Assembly (NCBI GenBank): GCA_030622515.1
Contig: JAUXGB010000001.1
Coordinates: forward strand, 1 to 45,085
DNA from: Candidatus Altiarchaeota archaeon
GTDB taxonomy: Archaea > SpSt-1190 > DYHY01
Direction: 5' to 3'
DNA length: 45,085 nucleotides
A model generated the notes under the pieces. The model searched no databases. It was not told where the DNA came from and saw only the letters and a list, made by a program, of their open reading frames with translations. Position 1 is the first letter of the stretch. Each line of letters opens with the position of its first letter. A program made the position numbers and the translations under genes. Shown in pieces: positions 1 to 9,016 of this stretch.

Positions 1-89
1 CATACTTCGAAGAAGGCTGCTAGACAGCTCCCAGCCAAGAAAGAATCGGTTTCTACGGGAAAAAGCGGAAAAAAACAGGGTGCCAGCAC

Positions 90-977
90 CTATGCGTAAA
101 CTTCCACAATATCGTCTTCTTTCAGTTTGAAGTCAAGCCCGACCTTCTGCCCTGAATGGACCCAGCTTTCCCTCCAGACACGAGCGAACCTGAAGCTTTC
201 AAGAAGGTCTTTGTGAATCCCCTTTGCAAAGTTCCGAACGCTGGCGCCTTGGCGCAGTACCATAGGTCTTGCCTCGACCTTCCCCTTCTTCCTCGTATAG
301 ACCTTGAGCTTCCCAAGCTTGTCCCAGAGACTTTTCTTCAGGCCCTCCTTCCATTTTCCCTCAAGCCTGAAAACCGGATAGTCAGCATGCTCAACCCCCC
401 CGCCTTTCGAGACAGCGACAATAAGCGGCATATTCCTTATCCTCGCAATCTCAAGTTCTTTCAGCAGCCCGTCAAGCTGCCTCTGGTTCTCAACAAGCAG
501 GACAATCCCGTCTGAGTTTCTTATCGTTCCAAACCAGGGGCCTCTTTCCGAATAGCAGCTTCCCCTCATCAGGGCAGGAATCTCAACCATCTGGAGCTTC
601 ACTCCCTTGTAGTCCATCGTCCCTATCTCAGCCGTGTTTGTTGTGTAGGGGTAGGAAGCAATCTCAGGACGGGCGTGGGTCACCCGGGATAGAAAAGTTG
701 ACTTGCCTGAGTTTGGATAACCAATCACGACAATCTGCGCATCCCCCTCCTTCTTCACGGAATACCTGTCGCTCCTTGCCCCGCCCCTCTTCTTCGTCAG
801 CGCCTCCTTCAGTTTGGAGATTTTCCTCTTAATGTCCCCCCTCAGGGTCTGGGCCCCTTTGTGGTGCGGCGCAGCCGACAGCATTTCCTCAAGGGCCTTT
901 ATCTTCTCAGCTCTGGTTTTCGCTTCCTCATACTTAACCTTCTTCTCGAAGAATTCTGGTCCGGCATTTAAAGGCAT
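90..977 (-). CDS. DRG/Obg-like GTP-binding protein with C-terminal TGS domain
   Basis: 295-aa ORF. P-loop GYPNSGKST, YPYTT switch-like segment, and a C-terminal TGS-like domain (VLRQGASVRNFAKGIHKDL...GLDFKLKEDDIVEV). Canonical DxxG and NKxD motifs are not recognisable. A TATA-like box lies 27 nt upstream. Confidence 0.8.
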   Translation of the reverse strand: MPLNAGPEFFEKKVKYEEAKTRAEKIKALEEMLSAAPHHKGAQTLRGDIKRKISKLKEALTKKRGGARSDRYSVKKEGDAQIVVIGYPNSGKSTFLSRVTHARPEIASYPYTTNTAEIGTMDYKGVKLQMVEIPALMRGSCYSERGPWFGTIRNSDGIVLLVENQRQLDGLLKELEIARIRNMPLIVAVSKGGGVEHADYPVFRLEGKWKEGLKKSLWDKLGKLKVYTRKKGKVEARPMVLRQGASVRNFAKGIHKDLLESFRFARVWRESWVHSGQKVGLDFKLKEDDIVEVYA

Positions 978-986
978 GAAAAATTA

Positions 987-1009
987 CTATAAAGCCTGCC
1001 TTATTAATC
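987..1009. promoter_or_regulatory. divergent promoter pair in a 38-bp intergenic region
   Basis: CTATAAAG (987-994) lies 26 nt upstream of the pcm ATG at 1016. GATTAATAAGG on the minus strand (999-1009) lies 27 nt upstream of the DRG ATG at 977. Confidence 0.55.
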
Positions 1010-1015
1010 TTCTCA

Positions 1016-1648
1016 ATGGACTTCACCAGACAGAGATACCGGCTTGTACGGCTCCTCAGGGAGACCCATGCCATAAAGCGGGAAATTGTCGAGAACGCCT
1101 TCCTTGCCGTCAGGAGGGAGGAGTTTATCCCGCTCGAATACCACAACTACGCCTACGAAAACAATCCTCTCCCTATCGGATATGACGCGACAATTTCCCA
1201 GCCATCAACAATAGCCAACATGATTGAGGCGGCAGGAGTCTCGTCAGGCGAGAAAGTCCTTGAGGTAGGAAGCGGCCGGGGCTACCTGCTGGCACTGCTC
1301 TCCGACATTGTCGGCCCTGAGGGAAAGGTTTTTGGAATTGAGCTCGTTCCCCAGCTTGCTGAAATCTCAAGGGCAAAGCTGAAGAAGTATTCTAACATTC
1401 AGGTGACTGACGGCGATGGCTGGTACGGGCTGGAGGCTGAAGCGCCTTTTGATGTAATAATTGTTTCAGCTGCGGCAAAAAAGATTCCCGATAAGCTCAT
1501 TGCCCAGCTCAGGCCGGGGGGAAGAGTGGTCGTCCCTGTCAACTACCTTATGGCCCAGAAGATGATGCTGATAACGAAGAAAGAGGATGGCAGCTACACT
1601 GAAGAAACCATCGGCCTCTACTCTTTTGTACCCCTCCGCTCAAGATAA
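1016..1648 (+). CDS. pcm: protein-L-isoaspartate O-methyltransferase
   Basis: 210-aa ORF with PIMT signatures ISQPSTIANMIEAAG and VLEVGSGRGYLLALLS. A TATA-like box lies 26 nt upstream of the ATG. Confidence 0.9.
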   Translation: MDFTRQRYRLVRLLRETHAIKREIVENAFLAVRREEFIPLEYHNYAYENNPLPIGYDATISQPSTIANMIEAAGVSSGEKVLEVGSGRGYLLALLSDIVGPEGKVFGIELVPQLAEISRAKLKKYSNIQVTDGDGWYGLEAEAPFDVIIVSAAAKKIPDKLIAQLRPGGRVVVPVNYLMAQKMMLITKKEDGSYTEETIGLYSFVPLRSR

Positions 1649-1662
1649 GGTATTTAAGTAGG
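1649..1662 (+). promoter_or_regulatory. TATA-like box
   Basis: GGTATTTAAGTAGG is centred 25 nt upstream of ATG 1680. Confidence 0.5.
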
Positions 1663-1679
1663 TCCTGAAAAGTAGACCC

Positions 1680-2321
1680 ATGGCAGACCTATTTACCGCA
1701 TCGGCAGAACAGGTAGCTAACTTTGTTGGCGGGCTTAATTTCGTACCAGGGCCAATCGCAATTCTTGTAGTGGGATTTGTACTTGGGTGGCTTCTCAACC
1801 TTTTTGTGCGCAAGTTCATAAAATCAACAAAGATTGAGACTCTCCTAAAAGAAGTTGGCATAACGCCAACAATTATGAAAGTTCCAATTGGAGTCTTCGC
1901 AGGCAGCATCCTCATGTGGGCCGTCTTCCTAATCTTCATCTTTGGCGCCCTCGAATCAATGGGCATCTCCATCATTACCCAAAACGCGGTTGAGAGCGGC
2001 GTGAGTTCCCTCTTGAAAGCCGTCCTCATCTTCACCATAGTAATCAAGGCAGGGGAGTATGTCAGGTCAAAGATGGTCTACCCGAAAATCCCCCAGAGCA
2101 AGCTTCTTGGCGCAATCATCTACTTCTGCTTTATCTACATGGCATCCTTGCTGTCAATGACCGAACTCTTCCCACAGGCTGCTGAGGTGTTGACAACCCT
2201 TCTTGTAATATTCTTGGGAAGCTTGGGACTCGCTGTTGCATTAGGCATCGGGCTTGCATTTGGCCTTGGAACCAAAGACATAATAGGGAAGTTTGTCGCC
2301 AAAAGACTGAAGATGAAGTAA
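1680..2321 (+). CDS. multi-pass membrane protein, function unknown
   Basis: 213-aa ORF with about 5-6 hydrophobic helices. The N-terminal segment resembles the conserved TM-helix repeat seen at N-termini of MscS-type channels. It has its own TATA-like box. Confidence 0.7.
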   Translation: MADLFTASAEQVANFVGGLNFVPGPIAILVVGFVLGWLLNLFVRKFIKSTKIETLLKEVGITPTIMKVPIGVFAGSILMWAVFLIFIFGALESMGISIITQNAVESGVSSLLKAVLIFTIVIKAGEYVRSKMVYPKIPQSKLLGAIIYFCFIYMASLLSMTELFPQAAEVLTTLLVIFLGSLGLAVALGIGLAFGLGTKDIIGKFVAKRLKMK

Positions 2322-2333
2322 GGAGACCTTACA

Positions 2334-4391
2334 ATGCGGTGGAAGCTCTGGCCCATTCTTATCATTATTCTGCTAATCCCGGCTTTCAGCTTCACAGACC
2401 CCTCCACCCTTTCCTCCCTTGAGCTTGACCTAGAGTTTCGAGGCGCAGCACAGGTCGCAGGAAGCTATGAACGGGTCTCTGTCAAGACCTACGAGTTTCC
2501 AGAGAATGACGAGAGGCAAACTACAACCTGCCCGGTAACCCCTTACCTCGGCACAGAAGGCAATCACTACACTTCGTTCAGCTTTGGGAAAAATGAGCCA
2601 ATTGAATTCTCCTACACCTGCACAATAATCACCAAGCCGGTCGGCGTCAGGGTCAGAAACCCAACTTCCTTTCCCCTCTCCAGTTTTCCAGCCGAGGTCA
2701 AGCCCTACCTTGAAGAGTCAAAGTATGTCAGGATTAACAGCGAGATTGCTGAAAAAGCCCTTGAGCTGTCTGCCAACAAAAACGAGCTCTTCGATGTTGT
2801 ATCAACAATGGCCTACTGGGTTTACAAAAACATCCAATACGACCGGGCCTACATTGACACCGCAGAGGAAAGCTCCTACGTACTTGAGGTGAGGGCGGGC
2901 GCCTGCGATGAGTTCTCCCACCTCTTCATAGCAATGCTTCGCAGCTTGGGAATCCCTGCCCGCTATGTCGGCGGCTACGCCTATGGCGGCTCAGCCCATA
3001 CAGGGGACTTTGGCCCCCATGGCTGGGCAGAGGTCTACTTCCCCTCCAGCGGCTGGGTCCCCTTCGACCCGACCTATGGCCAGTTTGGCTACGTCGATGC
3101 ATCCCACATAAAACTCTACGCTGGAACAGACGAAAGCTTCCCGGTTCAGGAAACAAACTACAGCTACTTCGCTTCCCCGCCAGCCTTCATCTGGCAGAAA
3201 ATAGACCCTGTCGTTACAATTATCGCCGAAGAAGTCGATTTCACCCCAGTAACAGTTTCCCTTGAAATGCCGGAAGAGGCAAATAAGAACGAATACTTTT
3301 TGGCAAAAGCAACCCTGACCAGTCAGATAGCCACAGCATCCCTGAACGAGGCAAAGCTCTACTACAAGCCCTCCAACCTCGACGATGACAAGGGGCTCCA
3401 GCTTGCTTACGGCGAGGAAAACACCACAGCAATAGTTTTCCCCGGCAGCTCGGCTGAGATAAATTGGGTCCTCACTGCGCCAACGCCAAACTACAAGTTC
3501 CCGCTCGTCGCTGTATCCGGTCGCCAGTCAGAGCAGAAAAGGATTGCGATAATGGACAGGCAGCCCTCAACCTACCTCTCCCTCAGTTCTGACAAGACAA
3601 GCTACAGGGAAGGCGAGCAGGCAAAAATCATGGTAATGCTCTCCTCCTCGACCTATGACGGGCCTGTTGAACTAATCGAGCTTGGTTCAGGCATCACCGG
3701 GACCGCCCAGCTTGAGGCTGGAACCTCAACCACAGTTGAGCTGACCATCCCGGCCAGAGACGAGGTCGCCATCTACTCAACATCAAAAAGCTACGATGTC
3801 CTTCCCCTCTCCTTCTCCGACTCCAAGCTCCGGTACATCATGGTTATCCCCAGTCTTGTCTCCGTCGGGGAAAACTTTGAGGTTAAGGTAATCGCATACT
3901 CCAACGAACCTGTCGAAGTCGAGGTGGAGTTTGACGGACAAAGCGAGAAGAAAACCGTCACCCCCTCGGCAGCCTTCATCTTCCAGACAAGCCTCTCCAC
4001 CCCCTCAATAATCTCGGCAAATGTGAAGACGCTGTCAGGAACTGAAACGCTGAGAAAGTTTGTTCAGGTTGCCCCACAGACAGAACTGTCACTATCTCCC
4101 CCCTCCTCCCTCTTCAAAGAGGCCTCCATCTTCAGGCTTCGCCCAAAGATAGTCAACGGGGGAATCCAGTCCCTCGATACCTCCTTCCCTTGGGGAAACC
4201 ACTCCGGAGCTAGTTTCACCGTCCAGCCAAACGCCTGCGGCATCCACTACTACAAGACTCGCGTCACCTACACAGACTCCCTTAACGCGACAAGAACCCG
4301 CGAATTTAGCAACACGATAAATATCGATTGCAATCCACTATCTCAGCTAATAGCTAAAATACTTAAATTGCTGGGGATAATTGATGTTTAA
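2334..4391 (+). CDS. secreted/anchored transglutaminase-like cysteine protease-fold protein
   Basis: 685-aa ORF with an N-terminal signal/anchor MRWKLWPILIIILLIPAFSF. Transglutaminase-core Cys/His/Asp context: GACDEFSHLF, GPHGWAEVY, WVPFDPT. Long beta-rich C-terminal region. Confidence 0.85.
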   Translation: MRWKLWPILIIILLIPAFSFTDPSTLSSLELDLEFRGAAQVAGSYERVSVKTYEFPENDERQTTTCPVTPYLGTEGNHYTSFSFGKNEPIEFSYTCTIITKPVGVRVRNPTSFPLSSFPAEVKPYLEESKYVRINSEIAEKALELSANKNELFDVVSTMAYWVYKNIQYDRAYIDTAEESSYVLEVRAGACDEFSHLFIAMLRSLGIPARYVGGYAYGGSAHTGDFGPHGWAEVYFPSSGWVPFDPTYGQFGYVDASHIKLYAGTDESFPVQETNYSYFASPPAFIWQKIDPVVTIIAEEVDFTPVTVSLEMPEEANKNEYFLAKATLTSQIATASLNEAKLYYKPSNLDDDKGLQLAYGEENTTAIVFPGSSAEINWVLTAPTPNYKFPLVAVSGRQSEQKRIAIMDRQPSTYLSLSSDKTSYREGEQAKIMVMLSSSTYDGPVELIELGSGITGTAQLEAGTSTTVELTIPARDEVAIYSTSKSYDVLPLSFSDSKLRYIMVIPSLVSVGENFEVKVIAYSNEPVEVEVEFDGQSEKKTVTPSAAFIFQTSLSTPSIISANVKTLSGTETLRKFVQVAPQTELSLSPPSSLFKEASIFRLRPKIVNGGIQSLDTSFPWGNHSGASFTVQPNACGIHYYKTRVTYTDSLNATRTREFSNTINIDCNPLSQLIAKILKLLGIIDV

Positions 4392-5352
4392 GATGAAACG
4401 ACACCTTCCGGCCCTGTTTGCCCTTGTCCTCCTGATATGGCTACTCAAGCCAATCAGCGACTCCATAATTTTCGGCGCAATAATAGCCTACATCATGCTT
4501 CCCCTTCACAAAAAACTTTCCATCAAGATGGGTAATTCCCGCTCCGCCATCCTCATGTCAGCTTTGGCCTTCACCCTGATTGTCCTGCCAGCCATCTACC
4601 TCTATGGATTTGTCCTCCAGCAGGGCCTTGTCGCCTACGACAACTTATCAGTACTTGGCCTCCCCTCCGAAGGATTTATCCCAAGGGAAATAGTTGAAAA
4701 GCAGGAATTTCTCCTCACCAAGCCAAGCGAGAACTTCGGCGAATTCATTGCATCCTACCTCCTCTTGGCCCCTGAGCTCGTCCTCAAGCTCTTCCTCCTT
4801 GTCTTTATCATCGGCTACCTGCTGAAAGACCACGGGAAGCTCCACGACTACATCAACAGACTAAGGCTGACAGGGCAGGAACAGGAATTTATCCTCCGCT
4901 TCTCTGAAGGCTTCAAGGCAATAATCTACATCAACTTCATGCTTGCCCTCATCTTCGGCTTCCTGTCAGGAATCCTCCTGACCCTCCTAAGGGTCCCCTA
5001 CGCCGCCCCAATAGCCACTCTGGTGACTTTCTTCACCTTCCTCCCTGTGATGGGCTACTGGGTAATCCTCGCAGCCGTAGCAATCTGGCAATACACAATT
5101 CCCAATCTGGTGAACTTCGGAATACTTGTCGCCTTCATTGTCGTTGTCGGGGTTGTCGAAATCCTCTTCCGCGCCTCCCTGAGCGAGTACGCCCTCAATC
5201 CTATCCTCTTCGCCTTTGGCTTCTTCGGCGGGGTCATGACGTTTGGCCTTCCCGGCATCTTCATCGGCCCGCTCCTCATGTGTGCGATTAAGTCAGCTTT
5301 TGACATCTCAACGCAAAAGCCAGGGAAGCAGAAGCCAGAGAAACGAAACTAA
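4384..5352 (+). CDS. AI-2E (PerM/UPF0118)-like permease
   Basis: Multi-pass membrane ORF of about 322 aa whose topology and length fit the AI-2E transporter family. Start choice is uncertain (TTG 4381, ATG 4384 or ATG 4393). It overlaps the stop of the upstream gene. Confidence 0.6.
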   Translation: MFKMKRHLPALFALVLLIWLLKPISDSIIFGAIIAYIMLPLHKKLSIKMGNSRSAILMSALAFTLIVLPAIYLYGFVLQQGLVAYDNLSVLGLPSEGFIPREIVEKQEFLLTKPSENFGEFIASYLLLAPELVLKLFLLVFIIGYLLKDHGKLHDYINRLRLTGQEQEFILRFSEGFKAIIYINFMLALIFGFLSGILLTLLRVPYAAPIATLVTFFTFLPVMGYWVILAAVAIWQYTIPNLVNFGILVAFIVVVGVVEILFRASLSEYALNPILFAFGFFGGVMTFGLPGIFIGPLLMCAIKSAFDISTQKPGKQKPEKRN

Positions 5353-5381
5353 TTTCAATACGACCGGCGTCTTCTATTCAA

Positions 5382-6140
5382 ATGGCAGTAGACCTAATAG
5401 CCCTTGCAATGGAGGACATAGGTAGGTGGGACTCTCAGCTCCTTGAGCTGGTGCGGGGGAAAAAGGTTGACCCATGGGACATTGACATAGCAAAGCTGAC
5501 GGAAAGCTACCTCGGGAAGCTCAAAGAGCTGAAGAAAATGGACTTTCGTCTCCCCGGCAAGGCGATAATGACTGCGTCAGTTCTCCTCCGGATGAAATCG
5601 GAAAGACTTCTTCACGACAAGCAGCAGCAGATTGAGCGTGAAAAAACCGAGGCCCTCCCCTTCAGGCCGCTCGACCTTCCCAAGCTCAAGCCTGTCCGCC
5701 GAATGGTCGAGAGGAAAATCACCATCCTTGAGCTGGTCGACGCCCTCCGCGGAGCTTTTGAAATCGAAAAGGGCAAGCTTAGGAGAAGAACAGTCATCAA
5801 GCAAATCGTCAACTTCTCGTTCTTTGACATGAGCCGGCTCCTCGAAGGCCTAAGGGTCTTCCTTCAAAGGAAGCTTGCCGACCGTGAAACTGTCGAGATG
5901 AGCGAGCTTTTCGGAAAGCAGGCCGGCGTCGAAGAAGTTGAAGGCCATGACCGCAACGCCCTAATCTTCATCGGCCTCCTCCACCTTGCAAACGACGAGT
6001 TTATCGAGCTTCAGCAGGAGGAGTGGAACAGCCCAATACTTATAAAAAAGAAAGACCTTGACCGGCCAATCAAACCAACCACCTACACAGTGATAGATGA
6101 GATTGCCTACGAGGAGGAAGCAGATGGGGAAGGAGATTGA
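5382..6140 (+). CDS. scpA: segregation and condensation protein A (kleisin)
   Basis: 252-aa ORF with a ScpA-like N-terminus (DPWDIDIAKLTESYLGKLKELKKMDFRLPGKAIMTASVLLRMKSERLL). It is followed by scpB with a 17-nt overlap. Confidence 0.85.
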   Translation: MAVDLIALAMEDIGRWDSQLLELVRGKKVDPWDIDIAKLTESYLGKLKELKKMDFRLPGKAIMTASVLLRMKSERLLHDKQQQIEREKTEALPFRPLDLPKLKPVRRMVERKITILELVDALRGAFEIEKGKLRRRTVIKQIVNFSFFDMSRLLEGLRVFLQRKLADRETVEMSELFGKQAGVEEVEGHDRNALIFIGLLHLANDEFIELQQEEWNSPILIKKKDLDRPIKPTTYTVIDEIAYEEEADGEGD

Positions 6141-6657
6141 AAAGAAAAAGCTGATTGAGGCAGCGCTCTTCCTTGCGGGACGAAGGCTCAGGCTGAAAGA
6201 AATCTGTAAGGCTGCAGGAACAACCCCGGCAGCCACAAAGAAGCTTCTCGAAGAGCTGATGGGTGAGTTCGGGAACAACTCAGCCCTTGAAATCGTGTTC
6301 GAAGACGACCTTTACAAGATGAAGGTAAAGGACCCCTACCTTCCCCATGTCAAGGAAATGTCATCCCTGACAGACCTCCTCGAAGGAGATTCAAAAACCC
6401 TCTCAATAATTGCCTACTACCAGCCAATCCGCCAGAGCGAAATAGTCAAGATTCGCGGCAACCGCGTCTACGACCAAATCAAAAGATTAATCGGCCGCGG
6501 CTTTGTCTCCTCCGAACCAAAGGGAAGAACCAAGCTCCTCTCAGTAACCTCGAAATTCCGAGAATACTTTGGCAACCAGATAGATGAGTTCCGCAAGCAG
6601 ATTGAGAGCGGCGAGCTGGAGAAAAAGGAGGGTGATGAAGATAGCAGGCCTCAATAG
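6124..6657 (+). CDS. scpB: segregation and condensation protein B
   Basis: ScpB-like winged-helix repeats (KKKLIEAALFLAGRRLRLKEICKAAG; LSIIAYYQPIRQSEIVKIRG). The ATG at 6124 is preceded by GAGGAGG. Confidence 0.85.
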   Translation: MGKEIEKKKLIEAALFLAGRRLRLKEICKAAGTTPAATKKLLEELMGEFGNNSALEIVFEDDLYKMKVKDPYLPHVKEMSSLTDLLEGDSKTLSIIAYYQPIRQSEIVKIRGNRVYDQIKRLIGRGFVSSEPKGRTKLLSVTSKFREYFGNQIDEFRKQIESGELEKKEGDEDSRPQ

Positions 6658-7675
6658 CCTTTCCTTCCTCGCCGCTGTCAAAAAGCTGAAGCGGCTCGAA
6701 GGCTTCCGGCTCAGGAAAATCTCCTCCTCGGGAAAAAAGTTCGTCTTCGAGTTCTCGACCAAGCCCAAAACCTTCCTCGTCTCTTCCCCCGGCCACATCT
6801 ACCTGACAAGAGAAAAGCCAGTCGGCCTGAAGGCAACCGGCTTTGTCAGCCTCTTGAGGAAGCACCTTGAGGGGAGAGCAATCTCCCAAGTAACACAAAT
6901 GGGCGGCGACAGGATTGTAACGCTCGACTCCGGTAACCTCTCCCTAATCCTCGAGGTCTTCGACGGCAACATAATCCTGACCGACAGGGGCAAGATAGTC
7001 GGCGCCGCTGTCCAGCGCAAGTGGCGCACCCGCTCCATCCTTCCGGGCCACGACTACAAGCCCCCGCCACTCTCGCCATCGCTCGAATCCCTTCGCCTTG
7101 ACTCCTTCCAAAAACTCTTCGGAGCGAAAGAGTGCGTAAAGCTCCTTGCAGCCGACCTCGGCCTTGGAAAAACCCTTTCCGAACACTTCCTCGCCCTCTG
7201 CGCCATTCCAAAAGACACTCTCCATCTTGAGCGAAGCGAGGCAGACAAGCTGCTGGCCCACATCTTCGAAGCTATCGAACGGCTCGACGAGGACCGCGGC
7301 TACCGCTACGGAACAGAAGTCTTCCCGCTCAGGCTTGACGAGGAACCTGACGAGGTTTACCCGACCTTCTTCCAGGCAGTCGAAGCATCCAAGAGCAGGC
7401 AGGACCAGTCGGCCGCCTTCTTCCTCGACGCCAAGAGGATTGAGGAAAAAGTAGCGCCACTTGAGCAGGCCCTTGCCCGCCAGAAAGCAGCCCGCCAACA
7501 GCTGCTGGCTGACGCTGACGCCGAGAAGGAAAAGGCAAACAAGATTTCCGAGAATCTCCAGATGATAGACGCCATCACCGACCTCTTCCGCAAGACAGGC
7601 TGGAGCACTGTCATCTCCCATCCAAGCGTCCTCGAGGCCCGCCCTGAAGCGGGAAAGATAAAGCTCAAGTTGTAA
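6635..7675 (+). CDS. NFACT-N (FbpA/RqcH N-terminal) domain protein, short form
   Basis: The N-terminus MKIAGLNSLSFLAAVKKLKRLEGFRLRKI...GGDRIVTLD...LILEVFDGNIILTD fits the NFACT-N domain, and the C-terminal part looks like coiled coil. The ATG at 6635 is preceded by GGAGG. No NFACT-R/DUF814-like part is present. Confidence 0.75.
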   Translation: MKIAGLNSLSFLAAVKKLKRLEGFRLRKISSSGKKFVFEFSTKPKTFLVSSPGHIYLTREKPVGLKATGFVSLLRKHLEGRAISQVTQMGGDRIVTLDSGNLSLILEVFDGNIILTDRGKIVGAAVQRKWRTRSILPGHDYKPPPLSPSLESLRLDSFQKLFGAKECVKLLAADLGLGKTLSEHFLALCAIPKDTLHLERSEADKLLAHIFEAIERLDEDRGYRYGTEVFPLRLDEEPDEVYPTFFQAVEASKSRQDQSAAFFLDAKRIEEKVAPLEQALARQKAARQQLLADADAEKEKANKISENLQMIDAITDLFRKTGWSTVISHPSVLEARPEAGKIKLKL

Positions 7676-7685
7676 ATCCCCGAAA

Positions 7686-7697
7686 CGTATTAAAGCC
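7686..7697 (+). promoter_or_regulatory. TATA-like box
   Basis: CGTATTAAAGCC is centred 27 nt upstream of ATG 7718. Confidence 0.5.
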
Positions 7698-7717
7698 GAA
7701 ACCACTTTTTAAGGGCT

Positions 7718-8992
7718 ATGGCAAGCCGATTTGTAGCACCCCTTGCAAGCCAGTCCTCAGACACCTTTAGGGCCATCCTGACCGTCGCAGGATTCATCTT
7801 CCTTGCCGGCATGCTCTCAATCCTCTTTGCCCCGGCCCTTGCCTTCAGCCACGACACAGCCCTGCTGTTCCTCCTCACCCTCTTCATCATTCCCTTTATG
7901 CTTACCTTCATGCTCAAGAGCTTCCGCAAGGCAATCATCTGCTGCGCACCAAACATTATCGCCCTGCCGGCTGTCGCCCTAACAGCAGCAGTCATGCAGG
8001 TCCAAGTAGTCGGGGTGGCCACCCTCTTCGCCCCCATATCCTTCGGCCTTTCCTGCGGCATAAACTACCTTCTTGCCAAGGAATACTTCGACCAGAGGAG
8101 AAAGCCTGTCCCGGTTCGCCACGCAATAAAAGCAGTCTACACCCAGTACTCCCGAGCCGTCGTCGGCATCTACCTCATAGCAGCGGTAACCTTCCTCATG
8201 ATTGCGCCAATAATGACAGGCGGACTGTCCGCCCTCGGCATAATAACATCCATCTCCTTCCTCTACACCCTCCTCGCGGCAATCTTCATCATGCCTGCAG
8301 CCTTTCGCCTTTACGAGCACCGCCTTGCGAAAAGGGCTCTCAGCTCCGGCGAGGCAGCAGTGCTTAAGTTCTCAAGAAGCTACGGCCACCAAAGGGTGCA
8401 TCATTCCAACTTCGCCTCATGGCTTGGCCTCTCAGTTGACGAAGTCAAGCAAATCGTTGACAACCTGAAAAGCAAGGGCTGCATTGGGAAGAAGTTCTTC
8501 TCCCTCCACGACCCACTCCTCTGGTTCCTGACCATCTTCTCCTACATTGTCGGCGCCTCAATCGGCCTTGGCTACATCCCAATGGTCGAAACCACGCTCA
8601 GGCCCCTCTTCATCCTTCTCCTACTGACGGTTGGCATCGCCCTACAGGCCCCCCAGCTAATCAAAATAATTGACAAAGTCACCCGCCGCCTCTTAGGCTT
8701 CATCCTCGTCGGCGCCTCTCTTGTCTTGGCAGCAGGCCACTCCACCCTTCTCCTCCAGGCGGCAATAGTCATGATGCTTGCCGGCTTCGCCTCGATAAAA
8801 CTCTCCGAAAGCGACATCTGGCTCCCCTCAACCATCCTCATCGGCGTCTACTTTGCCCTCATCTTTGCCCTTGGCTGGGCAATGCAGGCATCCCTAACCG
8901 ACACAGGAAAACTCTGGTCCCTCGCCTTCGCCGTAATCATCTTCGCCGCCCTCCACATAATCGAGGAAGACTCCGTTATGGAGATTGCATAA
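7718..8992 (+). CDS. multi-pass membrane protein with MMPL/RND-like half and an internal winged-helix-like segment
   Basis: 424-aa ORF. Residues about 1-200 resemble an MMPL/RND-exporter membrane half (GINYLLAKEYFDQRRK...IMPAAFRLYE). The central soluble segment is SNFASWLGLSVDEVKQIVDNLKSKGCIG, followed by about 4-5 more TM helices. A TATA-like box lies 27 nt upstream. Confidence 0.7.
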   Translation: MASRFVAPLASQSSDTFRAILTVAGFIFLAGMLSILFAPALAFSHDTALLFLLTLFIIPFMLTFMLKSFRKAIICCAPNIIALPAVALTAAVMQVQVVGVATLFAPISFGLSCGINYLLAKEYFDQRRKPVPVRHAIKAVYTQYSRAVVGIYLIAAVTFLMIAPIMTGGLSALGIITSISFLYTLLAAIFIMPAAFRLYEHRLAKRALSSGEAAVLKFSRSYGHQRVHHSNFASWLGLSVDEVKQIVDNLKSKGCIGKKFFSLHDPLLWFLTIFSYIVGASIGLGYIPMVETTLRPLFILLLLTVGIALQAPQLIKIIDKVTRRLLGFILVGASLVLAAGHSTLLLQAAIVMMLAGFASIKLSESDIWLPSTILIGVYFALIFALGWAMQASLTDTGKLWSLAFAVIIFAALHIIEEDSVMEIA

Positions 8993-9016
8993 GCAGGGCG
9001 GCTTTCTCGCAGCCTA

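Noticed and set aside
1-99. Frame open from the left edge to TAA 97-99 (…KKAARQLPAKKESVSTGKSGKKQGASTYA)
   Set aside because: Only 32 codons are visible, with no motif. It may be the Lys-rich C-terminus of an upstream gene, but this cannot be supported from this window.
6944-7705. 253-aa minus-strand ORF, plus several 100-120-aa ORFs in 6479-7668
   Set aside because: They are antisense or out of frame relative to the NFACT-N gene and scpB. Their composition is Arg/Gly/Leu-rich, they have no motifs, and they have no promoter at leaderless distance.
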